Positions 58,568 to 64,000 of a stretch of 64,000 bases of DNA are shown here, one piece after another. Position 1 is the stretch's first letter. Each line of letters begins with the position of its first letter. The translations under genes were made by a program, and so were the position numbers. Source of the DNA: Pseudogymnoascus verrucosus (lineage: Eukaryota). Below the pieces are notes generated by a model that did no database searches, was not told the origin of the DNA, and worked only from the letters and a program-made list of their open reading frames with translations. The stretch lies in assembly GCA_001662655.1 (NCBI GenBank), contig KV460239.1, one strand, 5' to 3'.

Positions 58568-61500
58568 ATGGATGCCGCGGAGGACGACAGAGATATCAAG
58601 CTCCAAAAGCTAAGCTCCACCTTCATCGCCGACTTCGAACTCTCCCTTCAGCCCTTCCTCTACCGCACCACTGCAGATGGAACCGCAAAAGTTCGCCGCA
58701 ACGTGCGCGCGCGTGAAGCTGACCGTCTCGTCGGCCTGGTACCTCCCCTTCACCCTCCCAGCTATCCCCAGCCAGTTGACCTTTGTATCTAGCTCGAACC
58801 CTTTCAAGAGCTCCCCCAGCTGCTTGACCCGCACCTGGGCCGGTTCCTGCCCGTGCTAGCGGACGCGCTACTAGCGTACCTGCGTGCGCCGCCGCTGAAG
58901 AAGGGCGTGGAGCGGCCGCAGCTCGTGACGCTTTCGCAGGCGATTTGCAGGCTGCTGTATACGTTTTGTAAGATCCGAGGAGAGAAGGTCGTGGTAAGGT
59001 TCTTTGGGGCAGAGACGAGGAATCTGGAGTTGTTGCTTAATACTGTTGAGGATGCCGAGAGGAGCGAGGAGACAGGGAAGGGAGATGAAGAGGTGAAAGA
59101 GTGGACGTGGGAGGAAAGGTACATTTGCTTGCTGTGGCTGTCGCATTTGCTGTTGGCGCCGTTTGATTTATCAACCATTTCGTCGGCAGGCACAGGGGAC
59201 GCGAAGAGGCCGGAGATAGCGAACTTGGTATGGCCGGAGAAGCTTCCAAGTGTGGCAGAGCGGGCCATCCCACTGGCGATCAAGTATCTGGGAGCGGCAG
59301 GGAAAGAGAGGGATGCGGCGAAGGCGCTACTGGTGCGCATTTCTATGAGGCGGGATATGCAAGCACTGGCGCTACTGGATGCGCTTGTACAGTGGGCCAT
59401 GGCATGTTTGAAGTCGTCGACAACGTTGGCGTCGAACTCATCATACTACTACATTGGTGTGCTGTCCTATCTAGCCGGGATCCTGATCTCGTCGCTCAGC
59501 ACGGCGGATATGGATCCGTACCTCCTCAAGGTCTTCCGTACGGTGCAGAATATTTCGGATGAGGAGAATGTTGCATTCAAGATTGTGCATGCGTCCGCGA
59601 TTGCGAGGAAGACCGTTATCAAGGTCCTCCGCACTATTGCCGTTCTGGCGCTGAGGAGAGAATACTCATCCAAAGGGAACGAGGTGATCACAAACGAGAT
59701 TGTCGAGTCTACAGTCGGCTATCTCTTGGACGCCCTGGCTGATAACGACACCCCCGTCCGCTTGGCAGCCAGCAAAGCCCTCTCAGTCATAACACTCAAG
59801 CTCGCCCCTGACTTGGCTTCCCAAGTCGTCTCCGCCGTCCTCGAGTCCCTCACCACTAACATTCTCTGGACCACCCTCCCCGACGGCACAAAGACTCAGG
59901 ACCTCACTGCCGTCAATCCCCAAGAATGGCACGGTCTCATCCTCACTCTCTCCCACCTCCTCTACCGCAAATCCCCGCCCCCCGACTCCCTCGCTCTCAT
60001 CCTTCATGCCCTCCTTACCGGCCTCACATTCGAGCGCCGGTCCACTTCCGGCAGCTCAGTCGGTACTAACGTCCGCGACGCAGCATGCTTCGGCATCTGG
60101 GCCCTTGCCCGCCGCTACACCACCCGCGAGCTACAGGATGTCGTCACCGCCGAGGTCGGTGCTGCCACAGCTCACACCGGAGAAAAATCAATAATCCAGA
60201 TCCTGGCCACTGAGCTTGTCGTCGCCGCCTCCTATGATTCGGCAGGGAATATCCGTCGTGGTGCATCGGCCGCACTGCAGGAGTTAATTGGACGACACCC
60301 GGATATTGTCACTGAGGGCATTGCGGTCGTGCAGGTGGTGGATTATCACGCTGTTGCTCTGCGATCGAGAGCTATTCTTGAGGTTGCACCTGCGGCGGCC
60401 AGACTGGGGGATTGTTATGCAGACGCTCTGATGCGAGCGTTGTTTGGGTGGCGCGGGGTGGGGAGTGGAGATGCGAAGTCGAGAAGGACTGTGGCTGGGG
60501 GTGTAGGAGAACTGGTGAAGTTGTTCGCTGGGAGTGGGAAAGAGAAGCCGTGGCGGAGGGTACAGGAGTTGATTGAACAAATTGACAGACAGCTGGGAAA
60601 TTTGAAGCCCAGGGCTATAGATGAGAGGCATGGGCTGGTGCTGGTGATGGCTGCAGCTGCTGGGGCGCTTCCTGCGCTGTTGGACGCCAATTCTGCGAAA
60701 GAGTGGGAGGATCTACTAGATGCGGTGAAAGCGATTCTACGAGTTGTTTTATCGACACTGAAGAGTGCTATGGCATCGACATCTCGGAGGCCTGAACTTG
60801 GCCTTGAGGCTACATGCAGGCTGATTGTGGCTGCATGTCCGATAATTAGGATGGAAAGGGTGCTTGGTCATGCTGGTATAGATATAGTGGCTTGGGAGAA
60901 GATTTTGCACAACAAAACTTCCCTAAAATGTATCCCAGACGATTCATTCGACTCAACTGAGGTACGAGAGATCGTCGGAACCTCGGGATCCCTCATCGAC
61001 GCCTCCCTCCGTCTCACCGACCTAGACACCATCGAAGCCGCCGTTGCCGCCGCAACAAGCCTAACTCTCATCATCCCCACCGCCGCCAGCGAATCTCTTA
61101 TCCACTCCTGGGCCGTCGCCGTCACAGACCATTCAAGTCGCACCCGCCACCCAGGCTACCTCTTTGTTCTCGCCAGCGTCTTCACCCACACCCAGTCGCA
61201 AGACGCGATCTGTGCCCTCATCTTGGGCCAATGGCAACAGGCGACGAACATCGTGGACCGTGTGTCCATCTTGCAGTGCCTCAACCGCGCGCAGATCTTG
61301 GATTCCCACACTGCGCGCTTCATCCCGTTGATTGCCGAGGGACTGGATGACTATACGACGGATGCCCGCGGGGATATCGGGTCTCTTGCACGCATTGAAG
61401 CGCTGAAGGCGACGAGTAAGGCTTTTGCTACGATCCCATGTGATGCACAAAGTGGTGCTATGGTACAGGATGGCAATGAAGACTGGTTTGCCGACGAGGA

Positions 61501-62319
61501 CCTCTTCGGCTCCCTTTACAGCCGCACGCTGCGTCTCGCAGCAGAGAAACTTGACAAAGTCCGCGGCGAAGCACAAACCGCGCTGGCCATCCTAATCCAG
61601 GATCCCATGTATGTTTCCACCCTTCCTCCTTAAGCACAAACTTAGAACTAACCCCCCAAAGCCAACACGCAGCCTTCACCTCCTCCCAGCATGCAACCCG
61701 CGTCTACTTCCGTCACCTCCTCGACCTCCAACTACCCTCATCCGTCTCCTGGCTCTCCACCGCCTCTATCCATCCACACCAACGCTGGACCGCCCATCTC
61801 TTCGATGGCTACGTTAGTGCCGCCGACTCCGGTGCCGAGGGCCTCATCCGCGCCTCCCGCGCCGCCCTAAACGACTTCTGCTTCGCCGCCCCCGCCAACC
61901 GTGAGCTCGTCTGCAACGCACTAGTCGGGTCCGTGAAACGCCTCCACGACGCCGGGGACGAGCGGGTGCTGCTCCCTGCGATGTCGGTAGTTGCGTTTCT
62001 GTTCGATGTGGGGATCTTAGAAGGAGGGGAGAAAGGGTTGAGGGGATTGTTTTTAGCGACGCAGCGAGCGCATTTTAAGAGCGGGAGTGTGAGGAAGTTG
62101 GAGGTTGCTGTGAGGGTTTATGGGGGATTGTTAGGGGTGGGGGAGGAGGAGAGGGAGGTGGAGAAGGTGCTGGTGAGGATGCTGAGGCATCCGTTTCCTG
62201 GCGTGAGGAAGGCGGTGGAGGATGTATTGTGGGTTGGCAGGGGAGTGGGGAAGGGCGGGGTGGGGGTTCAGGGGGTGAAGAAGGCATTGGAGGAGAAGTG
62301 GGAGAGTGGTGGTGAGTGA
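58568..62319 (+). CDS. TBCD: Tubulin-specific chaperone D (Cin1/Alp1), 3 exons
   Basis: L^LEPFQELPQLLDPHL, WEERYICLLWLSHLLLAPFDL, GTNVRDAACFGIWALARRY, NIRRGASAALQELIGRH, DDYTTDARGDIGS and EKLDKVR. Introns 58739-58792 and 61609-61661. Confidence 0.93.
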
Positions 62320-62738
62320 TGCTGGGGTTATCCTCGGGAAAGCTGTATAAAGTTGGCGCAGTCAAGATTTATTAAAATAACATCCTAGTTTAATTCTATG
62401 CCATGAAGTACTGGCGCTGATTAGCTAACCCGGTTTGCTCTTGTCCGCTGTAAGGATCGTCAGAAACCCATACGGTTTATCAAACCAATCTTCCCAGCCC
62501 ATCTTTCCCGAGGACCAGAATCTCTCAAGAGCATAATTGCAAACGGACGCCGCCGCGCAGCATCCGTTCGTGTGCGACTCCCGTCGGCTCTCCAGACGAA
62601 GCTGAAGGTTCGTAGCCGGCACCACGGACAGGTGGGAGTTCGACTTTGCCGGCCGACCTCTCGGGAAGATTCCGTCTTCGAGGCCAGGGGCATTTAAAGT
62701 CCGCCCCCAAGACCCCTATAACAATATTAGCCCATTCT

Positions 62739-63119
62739 CTAATCGAAATTAAAGGTCGCAAAGGCGCTAAAATTCCGTGGAGCGCGGGCGCGCTGTTCCG
62801 TGACCAGTGTCTCCAGTAATTCGACCATCCGATCATCCACTTCGGCACGGCGTCGTCCCTGGCGTACAAGTCGGCGGAGGTCCTTCGCTATCAACCGTTG
62901 CATCCAGTCCTTGTTTACCTGCCTGGCAGTCGGCTTGGGGGAGGAACCACGGGCAACAGTTGCATTAACGATTATCGTAGGGCGTAGAGCTTTGGCCGTC
63001 TCACCGTTAGGCCGAAAGAACGCCCAAGTTTGCAAAAGAGCGTGGGGTGTCGCACAAAATCCGAGGACCAGGGCGGCGGCGGCGAGGGTGGTTTCAACGA
63101 TGTCCCGAACGGACCACAT
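62739..63119 (-). CDS. Putative small orphan protein (126 aa) with an N-terminal hydrophobic helix
   Basis: ATG at 63119 in gcaATG context, preceded by a CT-rich leader and a TATATA element at about 63204-63210. No family recognised; the splicing pattern is uncertain. Confidence 0.4.
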   Translation of the reverse strand: MWSVRDIVETTLAAAALVLGFCATPHALLQTWAFFRPNGETAKALRPTIIVNATVARGSSPKPTARQVNKDWMQRLIAKDLRRLVRQGRRRAEVDDRMVELLETLVTEQRARAPRNFSAFATFNFD

Positions 63120-63307
63120 TGCGAGCGAGAGTGTGTGGATGTAAACGAGCGTGCGCGAAGAGGAGAAGAGAAGGGAAAAGGGAAATCCACAACAAGACGG
63201 GGATATATATGGCACGGTGGCATAGCATTTTAGGAAAGAGCAACGGATAGATGATAATGTGCATTTAGTTGTAGAAGGCATAACTCATAGCATCGTCGCT
63301 TCCTCAC

Positions 63308-64000
63308 TTAGAATTTAGGGACGAGCCTGCCGTTTCTAACCATATAACCTATTCCAACTTCTTTACCTAATACGGTAACATTAATGGGCCATGACCAATA
63401 GCTCGGCGTGCGTAGGTCCTTCTTATCCTTCTCGGTCAGAAGGGAATCAAACTTAAATTCGGTGTTCTGCTCAAAGGCGGCACAGATGGAACCTCGCTGA
63501 TACGTGAGTTTTTTCCGCCGTTCAGAACCATCGAGTCGAATTCTCCGCTTAAAGTCATTTGAATCTCGCCCCTGTCCTAAATCCATCCATATTGTGATAA
63601 ACAGCGCGTTTCCCGCCTTCCCATAGCTCTTAAAATCAACTCTAAACTCGGTGTGGCAATGCTGGCAATATATTATACCTTGCTTGTTCTCATATCCGTG
63701 AATTTCGTCAACTTGCGGGACCCGAATCCCCCACCAGTATAGGTCTGTCATCTCCGCAAGGGGTATATGACGACAGATTCCAAAGCCACCACACCATGGG
63801 AGAGGAGTTTTCTCTGTATCTGGAATCATGAATACCTTCTGCTCACGAACGAAAAGCGAGCCGTCGCAATTCGAGCCGTTCCAATTCGAGCCATCGCAAT
63901 TCGAGCTGTCGCAAATCGAGCCGTGGTAAATCCGCGCTTCAGCCGTGTGGAGTTCCACAAAGCCTATCTGATATTTCTCTAGATTTCTATAGGACAATAG
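63308..64000 (-). CDS. C-terminal part of an F-box-family paralog of 44068-45294 (5' end lies beyond the window)
   Basis: The frame is open to the window edge (LLSYR...). GIIYCQHCHTEFRVDFKSYGKAGNALFITIWMDLGQGRD aligns with GIIYCNYCHTELRIDFKSYGKAGNAMFVTRWMDIGEGRD. Confidence 0.8.
   Translation of the reverse strand, partial: LLSYRNLEKYQIGFVELHTAEARIYHGSICDSSNCDGSNWNGSNCDGSLFVREQKVFMIPDTEKTPLPWCGGFGICRHIPLAEMTDLYWWGIRVPQVDEIHGYENKQGIIYCQHCHTEFRVDFKSYGKAGNALFITIWMDLGQGRDSNDFKRRIRLDGSERRKKLTYQRGSICAAFEQNTEFKFDSLLTEKDKKDLRTPSYWSWPINVTVLGKEVGIGYMVRNGRLVPKF
63857..63925. repeat. 15-bp coding tandem repeat, about 4.5 units
   Basis: cgagccgtcgcaatt / cgagccgttccaatt / cgagccatcgcaatt / cgagctgtcgcaaat / cgagccgtg. 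Confidence 0.9.

Noticed and set aside
62636..62645. B-box-like GAGTTCGACT
   Set aside because: No A box or cloverleaf nearby.

Overview
This is eukaryotic DNA from a filamentous ascomycete: short GT-AG introns with CTAAC/CTGAC branch points and Pezizomycotina-type genes. The style suggests a leotiomycete such as Pseudogymnoascus, which is an unverified inference. The window holds about 23 apparently intact protein-coding genes, one cut by the window edge. Housekeeping genes: palmitoyl-protein thioesterase, POM33, RKR1/LTN1, PEX7, MSS116, RPB5, BFR1, MTG2, NCL1/TRM4, an amino acid permease and tubulin cofactor D. Accessory genes: a tandem BTB pair, three F-box-type genes (two are clear paralogs), a transglutaminase-like protein, a hemerythrin-like protein, a class II aldolase, a PTH11-like membrane protein and a GNAT. 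Exon boundaries were worked out by hand. The most notable observations are: (1) a 3'-truncated 5S rRNA pseudogene that keeps an upstream TATA-like element; (2) two divergent kinase genes joined head-to-head, both missing their 5' ends, at a G-run-rich junction; (3) a two-block 108/111-bp coding tandem repeat (NEPDG) in an uncharacterised, probably mitochondrial membrane protein; (4) a strong-context uORF whose stop overlaps the PTH11-like start codon as ATGA; (5) a recurrent C-rich then G-rich sense-strand switch towards gene 3' ends. No tRNA, CRISPR array, intact transposon or secondary-metabolite cluster was seen, and I cannot demonstrate a new multi-gene system from sequence alone.
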